A stretch of DNA of 48,703 nt from an uncultured Nitrospiraceae bacterium (GTDB lineage: Bacteria; Nitrospirota; Thermodesulfovibrionia; Thermodesulfovibrionales; SM23-35). Position numbers and translations under genes: made by a program. Positions within the stretch are counted from its first letter, which is position 1, and each line of letters begins with the position of its first letter. The stretch lies in contig CAZXCW010000002.1 of the NCBI GenBank assembly GCA_964639385.1, positions 1-48,703 on the forward strand, written 5' to 3'. Below, piece by piece: positions 7,752-16,663 of the stretch. The notes under the pieces are model-generated. The model was given only the letters and a program-made list of their open reading frames with translations, made no database searches and had not been told where the DNA came from.

Positions 7752-8987
7752 ATGAAAGGTAAAGTTTACTTGATCGATGTAACAAATAGGGATGGTGTGC
7801 AGACATCACGGATACTCCTCCCAAAACTCTCTAAGACCATGTTGAATGTCTATCTTGATGAAATGGGTATCTTTCAGAGCGAGGTAGGCTTCCCAACTCT
7901 GAAACATGAGGTAAACTATATAAATGTAAACCTCGAACTTGTTAAACTCGGAACGATTAAGAGGCTTCGACTTGAAGGCTGGTGCAGAGCTATTCCTGAA
8001 GATGTAAGGCTTACCTTTAAAAATTGTCCTGAACTCAAGCATATCAATGTCTCGATATCAACTTCGGAGATAATGATTAAAGGTAAGTTTCAGGGGAAAA
8101 GGACATTTAGGGATATTATTAAATCTCTTACTGACGCTGTAAAAACTGCAAAGGAACTCGGGGCAGAAACGGTAGGAGTAAATGCAGAAGACGCATCGAG
8201 AACAGAGCTTGACAGGTTAATAGAATTTACCAATGCAGGTAAGGAAGTGGGGGCAGACCGCTTCAGATATTGTGACACACTTGGCACCGATGACCCCATA
8301 ACCATATATGAGAGGACTAAGGCACTTGCCCTCGCAACAAAGTTCCCCATAGAGATGCATTGCCATAATGACCTCGGAATGGCAGAAGCTGTTTCTGTAG
8401 CAGGTGCGCAAGGAGCTATAGAAGTAGGTGTTGATTCATATATCAATACAACAGTAAATGGTTATGGAGAGCGATGTGGCAATTGTGATCTTGTATCAAC
8501 AATTTTGGCCCTAAAATTCTCACATGGTTTGAAAGATAAGCTGCCCCTTGATGAGCAAGTAGACCTCAAGAAGGCTTGGAAAATCGGCAGATATGCATCA
8601 TATGCATTTAATATCCCCATTCCAATAAATCAGCCGGGATTAGGCGCAAATGCCTTTGCTCATGAATCAGGAATACATGCTGATGGGGCATTGAAAGACA
8701 GGCGCAACTATGAACTTTATGATCCTGAGGATGTAGGAAGGGGTGAACCAGAGCTTGCCGAAACCGGAAGGATCATTACAACAGGAGAGTATGGAGGTAT
8801 TAAGGGTTTCAGGCATGTCTATGACAAACTGGGCATCCATTTTCACGATGATAACGAAGCAAGAAAAATCCTTGAACTCGCACAGTATGCCAACCTTCAC
8901 ACCCAGAAGCCTCTTACAGATGATGAGCTAAGGCTAATTGCTACTTATCCTGAAGCTGCGAAGAAGATACTCACCGCAAATCCATAA
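7752..8987 (+). CDS. HMGL-family acyl-CoA:2-oxoacid condensing enzyme (homocitrate/isopropylmalate/citramalate synthase family); candidate Re-citrate synthase
   Basis: [13 protein letters not shown] (DRE-TIM metallolyase N-terminus) and [11 protein letters not shown] motifs, 411 aa. Its stop overlaps the start of icd (TAATG). Confidence 0.75.
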   Translation: MKGKVYLIDVTNRDGVQTSRILLPKLSKTMLNVYLDEMGIFQSEVGFPTLKHEVNYINVNLELVKLGTIKRLRLEGWCRAIPEDVRLTFKNCPELKHINVSISTSEIMIKGKFQGKRTFRDIIKSLTDAVKTAKELGAETVGVNAEDASRTELDRLIEFTNAGKEVGADRFRYCDTLGTDDPITIYERTKALALATKFPIEMHCHNDLGMAEAVSVAGAQGAIEVGVDSYINTTVNGYGERCGNCDLVSTILALKFSHGLKDKLPLDEQVDLKKAWKIGRYASYAFNIPIPINQPGLGANAFAHESGIHADGALKDRRNYELYDPEDVGRGEPELAETGRIITTGEYGGIKGFRHVYDKLGIHFHDDNEARKILELAQYANLHTQKPLTDDELRLIATYPEAAKKILTANP

Positions 8988-10063
8988 TGTATACAGTTAC
9001 ATTTATACCAGGAGATGGTATTGGCCCTGAAATCTCTGCTGCCACAAAACAAGTAATTGAGGCAACAGGTGTTGGTATCAGGTGGGATATCCAGGAGGCA
9101 GGGCAAGAGGTATTTGAAAAAGAAGGGAACCCTCTGCCTCAAAGGGTCCTTGATTCAATAAAGAAGAATAAAGTCGCACTAAAGGGACCTGTCACAACAC
9201 CTGTAGGAAGTGGTTTCAGGAGCGTTAATGTTACACTCAGACAAACCCTTGACCTTTATTGTTGCCTTAGGCCATGCAAAGTATTTAAGGGTGTAAGAAC
9301 AAGATATGAAAATATTGATCTCGTAATAATAAGAGAAAACACAGAAGATCTATACGCCGGGATAGAATTCGTAAAAGGCTCCGAAGATACAAAAAAGCTT
9401 ATAGATTTCATTATCAAATCAACAGGGAAAATAATCAGGTCTGATTCAGGTATAAGCATTAAACCTATATCTGTTTATGCCACGGATAGGATTGTAACTT
9501 TTGCCTTCGAGTTTGCTAGAAAAAACAAAAGAAGCAAGGTTACAGCGGTACATAAAGCAAATATAATGAAATGTTCAGATGGGCTTTTCCTTGAAACTGC
9601 AAGAAACGTAGCAAATAGGTATCCCGATATTCAGTTTGAAGACAGGATAGTTGACAACATGTGTATGCAACTTGTTCAGAAACCAGAGTTTTACGACGTA
9701 ATAGTCCTTCCTAATCTTTACGGTGACATTATATCTGATCTTGCAGCAGGTCTCATAGGAGGACTTGGTCTTGCCCCTGGCGCAAACCTTGGAGAAGAGG
9801 CAGCAGTATTCGAGCCAGTCCACGGAAGTGCTCCTAAGTATAAAGGCTTGAATAAAGTAAACCCTCTTGCTATGATACTTTCCGGGGTTATGATGCTTAG
9901 ACATTTGGGAGAGTTCGCGATAGCCGAAAGATTAGAAAAGGCTGTCGCATCTGTAATAGAGGAGGGAAAGTATTTAACATATGATATGAAGCCGACACCA
10001 GATGATCCCACCGCTGCAACTACATCAATGATTGCTGATGCCATCATCAAAAAACTGACCTAA
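8987..10063 (+). CDS. icd: Isocitrate dehydrogenase (isocitrate/isopropylmalate dehydrogenase superfamily, homodimeric short form)
   Basis: [23 protein letters not shown] closely parallels the E. coli ICD substrate-binding segment ([21 protein letters not shown]), including Ser-x-Asn. Also present are [12 protein letters not shown] and GSAPKY. The length is 358 aa. Confidence 0.8.
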   Translation: MYTVTFIPGDGIGPEISAATKQVIEATGVGIRWDIQEAGQEVFEKEGNPLPQRVLDSIKKNKVALKGPVTTPVGSGFRSVNVTLRQTLDLYCCLRPCKVFKGVRTRYENIDLVIIRENTEDLYAGIEFVKGSEDTKKLIDFIIKSTGKIIRSDSGISIKPISVYATDRIVTFAFEFARKNKRSKVTAVHKANIMKCSDGLFLETARNVANRYPDIQFEDRIVDNMCMQLVQKPEFYDVIVLPNLYGDIISDLAAGLIGGLGLAPGANLGEEAAVFEPVHGSAPKYKGLNKVNPLAMILSGVMMLRHLGEFAIAERLEKAVASVIEEGKYLTYDMKPTPDDPTAATTSMIADAIIKKLT

Positions 10064-10173
10064 TCCTCTCAATGGAAACTGATAACTCACCAAAAAGGGA
10101 ACTCAGAAATAAATTTGAAATTAAAAAAACATCCGCCTCATGCAGATTAAAATTTTCAGGATTCCTTAATTTT

Positions 10174-10210
10174 ATCCTGAACTTGATTCAGGATTTAATT
10201 TTAAATTTTG
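10174..10210 (+). terminator. Probable intrinsic terminator after icd
   Basis: The hairpin ATCCTGAA-CTTGA-TTCAGGAT (10174..10194) is followed by TTAATTTTAAATTTT. An upstream TTCAGGAT at 10155..10162 can pair with the same 5' arm instead. Confidence 0.45.
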
Positions 10211-10229
10211 CATTTAGTCTCTAAATTGT

Positions 10230-11522
10230 ATGTGGCCTGATATCCTTCTCATCATTATTTTCATTCTCTTGAACGGGTTCTTTGCCTCAGCTGAGATTGC
10301 TATAGTTACGATTAGGAGGGTACGCATCAAACAGCTCATTGATGAGGGCAAGAAACACGCCATGATTCTAGATAGACTGCGAGAAGAGCCAGATAAATTT
10401 CTTGCAACAATTCAGGTTGGTATCACTCTTGCGGCTGTTCTTGCATCTGCCATTGGCGGTGCTGCGGCAGTGAAATTGATAAAACCTATTCTCCAAAATA
10501 TACCTATGCGATTCATCTCTGTCTCAAGTGATGCAATATCAATAGGCATAGTTGCTGCAATTATTACTTATTTTTTCATCGTTTTCGGTGAACTCATACC
10601 GAAGTCAATTGCACTTTACAATCCAGAAGCCACTGGTCTCCTCATTGCTCCACTCATAGAGAAGTTTTCCAAATTGGTCACGCCTTTTGTTTATATCCTA
10701 AAAGCAAGCACAAACATTTTACTGAAACCATTCGGTAAAAGGGCATTCAGTGAAAGGGGATACATCTCAGAGGAGGAAATAAAGCTACTCTTAGAGGAAG
10801 GGAAAGAAAGGGGTATTTTTGAGGCTGAGGAAAGAGAACTCATCCGTAGCGTTTTTGAGTTTACGGATATGTCAGCCAAGGAGGTCATGGTACCATCTAC
10901 TCAGATGGTAACAATGCGCCTTAGCATGTCTACAGAAGAAATAAAAACTATCATCGCAGAAGAACAATTTTCCCGATATCCCGCTGTGGGTAAAGACCTT
11001 AATGACATTCGGGGAATTCTGTATACAAAGGATTTCCTGAATGCACTGGTAAGAGGGGGTATAGACATAAGAAAGCTCATTAAACCACCCTTCTTCATAC
11101 CCGAGACAATGAAGATAAGCAATCTCTTGAGAGAAATGCAGAGGAAAAGGATCCACATGGCTTTAGTTATAGACGAATATGGTGGAGTCTCTGGTCTTGT
11201 AACTATGGAGGATCTCTTAGAAGAGATTGTGGGAGAAATAAGAGATGAATACGATATCGAAAGTCCTGTTATACAGCTCAGTGATGGAACATTGCGAATA
11301 GATGCATCCATTAGCATAAGAGATTTAAAAGAGGATTATGAGATAGAGATACCTGAATCTACAGAATATGAAACCCTTAGCGGTTTTTTATTGACCGCCC
11401 TTCAAAGGATTCCCAAGATTGACGATGTTGTGGAAACAGACGGGAAGAAAATAACCATATTGGAGATGGTAGGTCGGCGAATAGCCAAGGTAAAACTCGA
11501 GAAGCTGATAGAAGGAGAGTAA
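10230..11522 (+). CDS. CNNM/CorB-type transporter (DUF21 - CBS pair - CorC_HlyC), 'hemolysin family' Mg2+/Co2+ efflux-like
   Basis: The N-terminal membrane domain carries the LNGFFASAEIAIV signature. It is followed by a CBS pair and a C-terminal transporter-associated domain (TLSGFLLTALQRIPKIDD). The length is 430 aa. Confidence 0.85.
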   Translation: MWPDILLIIIFILLNGFFASAEIAIVTIRRVRIKQLIDEGKKHAMILDRLREEPDKFLATIQVGITLAAVLASAIGGAAAVKLIKPILQNIPMRFISVSSDAISIGIVAAIITYFFIVFGELIPKSIALYNPEATGLLIAPLIEKFSKLVTPFVYILKASTNILLKPFGKRAFSERGYISEEEIKLLLEEGKERGIFEAEERELIRSVFEFTDMSAKEVMVPSTQMVTMRLSMSTEEIKTIIAEEQFSRYPAVGKDLNDIRGILYTKDFLNALVRGGIDIRKLIKPPFFIPETMKISNLLREMQRKRIHMALVIDEYGGVSGLVTMEDLLEEIVGEIRDEYDIESPVIQLSDGTLRIDASISIRDLKEDYEIEIPESTEYETLSGFLLTALQRIPKIDDVVETDGKKITILEMVGRRIAKVKLEKLIEGE

Positions 11523-11527
11523 CCGCA

Positions 11528-12454
11528 ATGAGGAAAAAGGTTGCGATAATAGGTGCAGGGAATGTTGGTGCCACAACTGCACAGTTTGTTCTGCAATCAG
11601 GCATCGCTGATGTTGTCCTATTTGATGTAGTAGAAGGGATGCCCCAGGGAAAGGCACTTGACCTCGCAGAAGCGTGCCCCCTCTGGAATTCACCGTCCAT
11701 CATAAAAGGGACAAATAATTATTCTGATACAACAGGTTCTGATATTGTTGTTGTTACCGCTGGCCTTGCAAGAAAACCTGGAATGTCAAGAAGCGACCTC
11801 CTTCATGCAAATGCAAACATAGTCAGAGAAGCCTGCATTGAGATCGCTAACACTTCTCCAAAAGCCATTTTAGTTGTTGTAACTAATCCTATGGATGTAA
11901 TGGCACAACTTGCATGGAAGACTACCGAGTTTTCCTGTAAACGTGTTCTGGGTATGGGTGGTTTACTTGATTCCACACGATTAAGAACATTTCTCTCATG
12001 GGAGTTGAATGTATCGCCTGAGGACACAGAAGCAATTGTGCTCGGAGGGCATGGTGATGATATGGTACCACTCTCAAGGTTTACCAGTATAAAAGGGATA
12101 CAGATAACTGAACTCTTACCCAAAAAGAAAATTAACGCATTAATAGAGAAGACAAGAAATGGTGGAGCAGAAATAGTATCCTTACTTAAATCGGGGAGTG
12201 CATACTATGCCCCAGCAGCCTCAACATTTCAAATGATAAAATCAATCCTCCTCGATGAAAAGAGGATGCTTCCGTGTGCAGCATATCTTAATAGAGAATA
12301 TGGTATGAGGGATATTTATGCTGGTGTACCGACCATAATTGGGAAAGAAGGCATTGAAAGGATTATAGAGATAAAACTGACTAAGGAAGAGAGGGCTCAA
12401 TTCAGGAAATCCTGTTTATCTACCAGAAAATTACTAAAGAAACTTTCAATATAA
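11528..12454 (+). CDS. mdh: Malate dehydrogenase (LDH-like)
   Basis: KVAIIGAGNVGATTA Rossmann motif, GGHGD, 308 aa. Confidence 0.9.
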   Translation: MRKKVAIIGAGNVGATTAQFVLQSGIADVVLFDVVEGMPQGKALDLAEACPLWNSPSIIKGTNNYSDTTGSDIVVVTAGLARKPGMSRSDLLHANANIVREACIEIANTSPKAILVVVTNPMDVMAQLAWKTTEFSCKRVLGMGGLLDSTRLRTFLSWELNVSPEDTEAIVLGGHGDDMVPLSRFTSIKGIQITELLPKKKINALIEKTRNGGAEIVSLLKSGSAYYAPAASTFQMIKSILLDEKRMLPCAAYLNREYGMRDIYAGVPTIIGKEGIERIIEIKLTKEERAQFRKSCLSTRKLLKKLSI

Positions 12455-12465
12455 ATGGAGGAGAA

Positions 12466-12879
12466 ATGGAGAGAACTCTGTCGATAGTTAAACCAGATGG
12501 TGTGAAAAAAAATCTCATAGGTGAGGTTATAAGAAGATTTGAACAAAAAATCTTGCGGATTGCTGCACTAAAAATGCTCAGACTTTCAAAGAAAGATGCA
12601 ATGAGTTTTTATGCTGTCCATAAGGATAAACCCTTTTATGAGAGCCTTACTGAATTCATTTCAGAAGGTCCTATTGTTGTCATGGTAGTAGAAGGCAATA
12701 ACGCCATTTTAATAGTCAGAGAAGTCATGGGAGCAACTAATCCGAAGGATGCTGCACTTGGCACAATAAGGGCTGATTTTGGATCTGACATCGAACACAA
12801 CATCGTCCACGGTTCAGACTCAAAGGAATCGGCATCTTTTGAAATACCATTCTTCTTCTCTGGCCTTGATATTCAATGA
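12466..12879 (+). CDS. ndk: Nucleoside-diphosphate kinase
   Basis: MERTLSIVKPDGV at the N-terminus and the NIVHGSDS active-site His, 137 aa. Confidence 0.95.
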   Translation: MERTLSIVKPDGVKKNLIGEVIRRFEQKILRIAALKMLRLSKKDAMSFYAVHKDKPFYESLTEFISEGPIVVMVVEGNNAILIVREVMGATNPKDAALGTIRADFGSDIEHNIVHGSDSKESASFEIPFFFSGLDIQ

Positions 12880-12934
12880 AGTGTATTGACTTTCTCTCAA
12901 AAAAAGTATTACTCTAAACTAAAAGAGAGAGATC

Positions 12935-15376
12935 ATGTTTGAGAAGTTTACCGAAAGAGGAAGAAAGGTAATTATATATGCAAAAGAAGAAGCTGAAAAA
13001 CGTCAAAATGACTACCTTGGCACAGAGCATCTTTTACTTGCTACCCTGAGAGAAGAAGACGGCCTGCCTGTAGCCATCCTAAAAAGGATGGGCATAAGTC
13101 GAGAAGAAATTCGCTTGGAGGTTCAAAGAAATCTGCCTCAAGGTTCAGATTTTATGACCTTCGACGATATACCCTTTACGCCGCGGGCTAAAAAGGTACT
13201 TGAACTTGCTGTTGAAGAGGCCCGTCTCCTCGGTCATAATTATATCGGGAGCGAACATATTCTCCTCGGCTTGATAAGGGAAGAAGAAGGCATAGGCGGT
13301 AAAATATTACGCAGTCTTGGTGCCAACCTCCTTGGAGCAAGACAACTCACAATTAATTTCTCAATACGGACTCATACAAATGTAAGAGAAAAAAGGAGTG
13401 CAACCCCTGCGCTCGATGAGTTTGGAAGAGACCTCACACTTATGGCAAGGGATGGAAAACTCGATCCAGTTATAAACAGGGAAGACGAAATAGAGCGTTT
13501 AGTCCAGATATTGGGCAGACGAATTAAAAACAACCCAGTAATTATTGGAGAGCCAGGAGTTGGAAAAACAGCCATAGTAGAAGGGCTTGCGCAAAAAATC
13601 GTCTCAGGTGATATTCCAGATAGTTTAGTAGGCAAACGCATTGTTTCCCTCGACCTTGGTGCATTGATTGCAGGTACAAAATACAGAGGCCAATTTGAAG
13701 AGAGGCTCAAGATCGTCATGAGAGAGATTATTCAATCAGACAATGTCATACTCTTTATCGACGAGCTGCATACACTTATTGGTGCAGGTGCTGCAGAAGG
13801 ATCTGTCGATGCATCAAGTATGCTCAAGCCAGCTCTTTCGAGAGGCGAGATACAATGCATAGGCGCAACTACACCGGATGAGTACAGGAAATATATAGAA
13901 AAGGATGGTGCCCTTGAACGCAGGTTTCAACCGATTAATATACAACCACCTGATGTTGGAAGCACAATTGATATCTTAAGGGGACTAAAATCCAGATATG
14001 AGGCCCACCACAAAGTTAAAATAAATGATGCCGCACTAGAGTCTGCAGCAAGATTATCCGATAGATATATCTCTGACAGATACTTACCCGATAAAGCTAT
14101 AGACGTTATAGATGAGACAGGGTCAAGAATTAAGCTAAAAAGGTATAGTCCTCCTCAGGAGTTAAAAGAGCTTGAGGCTGAGACACAGAGACTTTCTAAA
14201 GAAAAGAACCTGTATTTAAAACTCCATGATCTTGAAAAAGCCTCATCTATTCGTTTAGAAGAGGAAAGACTAAAAAAGATTTATGAACAGTTACACAGAC
14301 AATGGAAAGATAACATAAGTAAAGAGATACCCTCTGTAATAGAAGAGGATGTTGCATATACTGTCTCTAAGATGACCGGGATTCCCCTTGTAAAACTTGA
14401 AGAAAAAGAATCAGAAAAACTAATACGGATGGAGGATGAACTACATAAAAGGATAATAGCCCAGGAGGAATCAATAAAGGCCGTATCGAGAGCGATAAGA
14501 AGATCAAGGGCAGGACTTAAGTCCAGCAAAAAACCCATAGGCTCTTTCTTCTTTTTAGGCCCAACAGGTGTAGGCAAGACGGAACTCGCAAAGGCCTTGG
14601 CGTGGTTCTTGTTCAATGACGAGAGTTCACTTGTAAAAATAGATATGTCCGAATATATGGAAAGATTTAATGTCTCAAAACTTACAGGTGCCCCACCTGG
14701 TTATGTCGGCTATGAGGAAGGAGGTCAGCTTACAGAAAGGATAAGAAAAAGGCCATATTCTGTAGTACTCTTTGATGAGATAGAAAAGGCACATCCAGAT
14801 GTCTTCAACATCCTCCTCCAAGTACTTGATGAAGGGGTACTCACAGACAGTTTTGGTAGAAAAGTAGACTTCAAGAATGCCGTAATCATCATGACTTCAA
14901 ACGTTGGTGCAAGGATGATTGAAAAGGCAACCCCCCTCGGATTCCAGAGAAATGCATCAGAGTTTGTTTATGAGAGAATAAAAGAGAATGTACTGAGTGA
15001 ACTTAAGAAGACATTTAACCCTGAATTTCTAAACCGCGTTGATGAAATAGTCGTCTTCCATCCTCTTGAGAAAGAACATCTTCTATCCATTATTGACTTA
15101 CTTGTAGAAGAAACAAACAGAATGCTTCTTGAAAAAGAGCTTGTAGTTGAGATTTCGCACGAAGTAAAGGAGTGGATAATAAGCCATTACTATCAGCCTA
15201 CCTATGGTGCAAGACCAATGCGGAGAGCTGTTCAAAAGGTTATAGAAGACCCCCTATCTGAAGAGATCCTTAAGGGAAGGTTTAAGGGCTTGCATAAGAT
15301 AAACATTGTGCTTGAAGGCGAGAGGCCTATATTTATAGAGGCTGAGGAGCCTTCAATTTTGTCTGGCGTTAGCTAA
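12935..15376 (+). CDS. clpC: ATP-dependent Clp protease ATP-binding subunit ClpC (class I AAA+)
   Basis: Two Clp_N repeats, two Walker A motifs ([16 protein letters not shown]), a UVR-like linker and a ClpB_D2-small C-terminus. The length is 813 aa. Confidence 0.92.
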   Translation: MFEKFTERGRKVIIYAKEEAEKRQNDYLGTEHLLLATLREEDGLPVAILKRMGISREEIRLEVQRNLPQGSDFMTFDDIPFTPRAKKVLELAVEEARLLGHNYIGSEHILLGLIREEEGIGGKILRSLGANLLGARQLTINFSIRTHTNVREKRSATPALDEFGRDLTLMARDGKLDPVINREDEIERLVQILGRRIKNNPVIIGEPGVGKTAIVEGLAQKIVSGDIPDSLVGKRIVSLDLGALIAGTKYRGQFEERLKIVMREIIQSDNVILFIDELHTLIGAGAAEGSVDASSMLKPALSRGEIQCIGATTPDEYRKYIEKDGALERRFQPINIQPPDVGSTIDILRGLKSRYEAHHKVKINDAALESAARLSDRYISDRYLPDKAIDVIDETGSRIKLKRYSPPQELKELEAETQRLSKEKNLYLKLHDLEKASSIRLEEERLKKIYEQLHRQWKDNISKEIPSVIEEDVAYTVSKMTGIPLVKLEEKESEKLIRMEDELHKRIIAQEESIKAVSRAIRRSRAGLKSSKKPIGSFFFLGPTGVGKTELAKALAWFLFNDESSLVKIDMSEYMERFNVSKLTGAPPGYVGYEEGGQLTERIRKRPYSVVLFDEIEKAHPDVFNILLQVLDEGVLTDSFGRKVDFKNAVIIMTSNVGARMIEKATPLGFQRNASEFVYERIKENVLSELKKTFNPEFLNRVDEIVVFHPLEKEHLLSIIDLLVEETNRMLLEKELVVEISHEVKEWIISHYYQPTYGARPMRRAVQKVIEDPLSEEILKGRFKGLHKINIVLEGERPIFIEAEEPSILSGVS

Positions 15377-15522
15377 TTCGCCCACGAATGCATTTAATTC
15401 TTATTCAACATTTAATAGTATTATCTTTATGTTTTAAGGTCTTCTTTAAAGTATTTCATTAACCCGAATAATGCATTTTTGGGGTTAACAAAAACACAAA
15501 AGTATTAGACAAGAATTAACAT

Positions 15523-16047
15523 TTGAAAAACAAAACCTTTATCCTCCTGATAATCTTCATCTGTGTTGCTATTGTTTTCTACATAGTAAGGAATCAGTAT
15601 AGTGTGATTAAAATAAGGGCTATTTCTCAGGCACCGGATATTGAGCTCACTGAGATACACAAAAATAATAAGCTGAAACTTTCTGAGCTAAAAGGTTCTG
15701 TTTTATTTATTAATTTCTGGGCTTCTTGGTGTCAGCCGTGCATGGATGAAGTGCCTTCAATAGAAGGGCTATTCAGGCATCTGTCAGAGAACTCAAGATT
15801 TAAGATGATAACCATCCTTTACAAAGATGACGCAGATGATGTACTAAGTCATATGAAGGAAATGGGTTATACCTTTCCTATATATATCGATCTTAAAGGT
15901 TCCGCTGCTAAACAATTCGGTATTACCGGTGTGCCTGAGACATTCATAATCGACAAAAAGGGAAATTTAAGAAAGAAAATAATAGGTCCTTTTGAATGGG
16001 ATTCCCCGCAAGTTATCGAAGCAGTCTCTAATCTTATTAATGAATAA
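15523..16047 (+). CDS. TlpA/ResA-like membrane-anchored thiol:disulfide oxidoreductase
   Basis: TTG start, an N-terminal TM anchor, a WASWCQPC thioredoxin-fold CxxC and FGITGVPETFIID. The length is 174 aa. Confidence 0.85.
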   Translation: MKNKTFILLIIFICVAIVFYIVRNQYSVIKIRAISQAPDIELTEIHKNNKLKLSELKGSVLFINFWASWCQPCMDEVPSIEGLFRHLSENSRFKMITILYKDDADDVLSHMKEMGYTFPIYIDLKGSAAKQFGITGVPETFIIDKKGNLRKKIIGPFEWDSPQVIEAVSNLINE

Positions 16048-16049
16048 TA

Positions 16050-16571
16050 ATGGGAAAAATCAAGACTGCTGAACCGGCTCTCCTTTTTGTAAGTACCCTT
16101 TATTCCAGTTCCGATATATTTAACTACTCAAAGGAAATACTCGAAAAAAATTTTGGAGATATTTTATTCATAAGCCCTTCCCTTCCATGGGAATACTCTT
16201 CTTATTATAGGGATGAAATCGGCTGGCCATTATTCAGGCAATTTATCTTCTTCAAAAACCTTATAGATCCAGAATTGCTCACAGATATAAAACTCAAGAC
16301 AAATGAGATTGAATCTGCTCTATCGTCAGAAGGTAAAAGACGTATTAATTTCGATCCGGGCTATCTTACCCTATCCAAGGTAGTCCTTGCATCTACTAAA
16401 AACTATGCTCATCGTATTTATCTCGGCAAAGGTATCTATGGAGAGGTAACTCTTATTCACAAAAACGGGGCTTATAGTCCCCTTTTATTCACTTACAGAG
16501 ATTATCAGGACAAAACACACATCGATATATTCATGAAGGCAAGGGAAATACTGAAGGAAATGTCGGGTTAA
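16050..16571 (+). CDS. Conserved hypothetical protein, DUF4416-like
   Basis: A 173-aa ORF tightly coupled to the upstream gene. SSYYRDEIG...INFDPGYLTLSKVVLASTKNYAHRIYLGKGIY matches my recollection of the DUF4416 pattern. This was not verified. Confidence 0.55.
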   Translation: MGKIKTAEPALLFVSTLYSSSDIFNYSKEILEKNFGDILFISPSLPWEYSSYYRDEIGWPLFRQFIFFKNLIDPELLTDIKLKTNEIESALSSEGKRRINFDPGYLTLSKVVLASTKNYAHRIYLGKGIYGEVTLIHKNGAYSPLLFTYRDYQDKTHIDIFMKAREILKEMSG

Positions 16572-16663
16572 TTGTTTTTTGATAGGCCGTCTGTTGACTG
16601 CGGAGCAACTAATGTATATGCTATGGGAGGACACCAACAATAATTGCACAGAAGGAGACTGTC

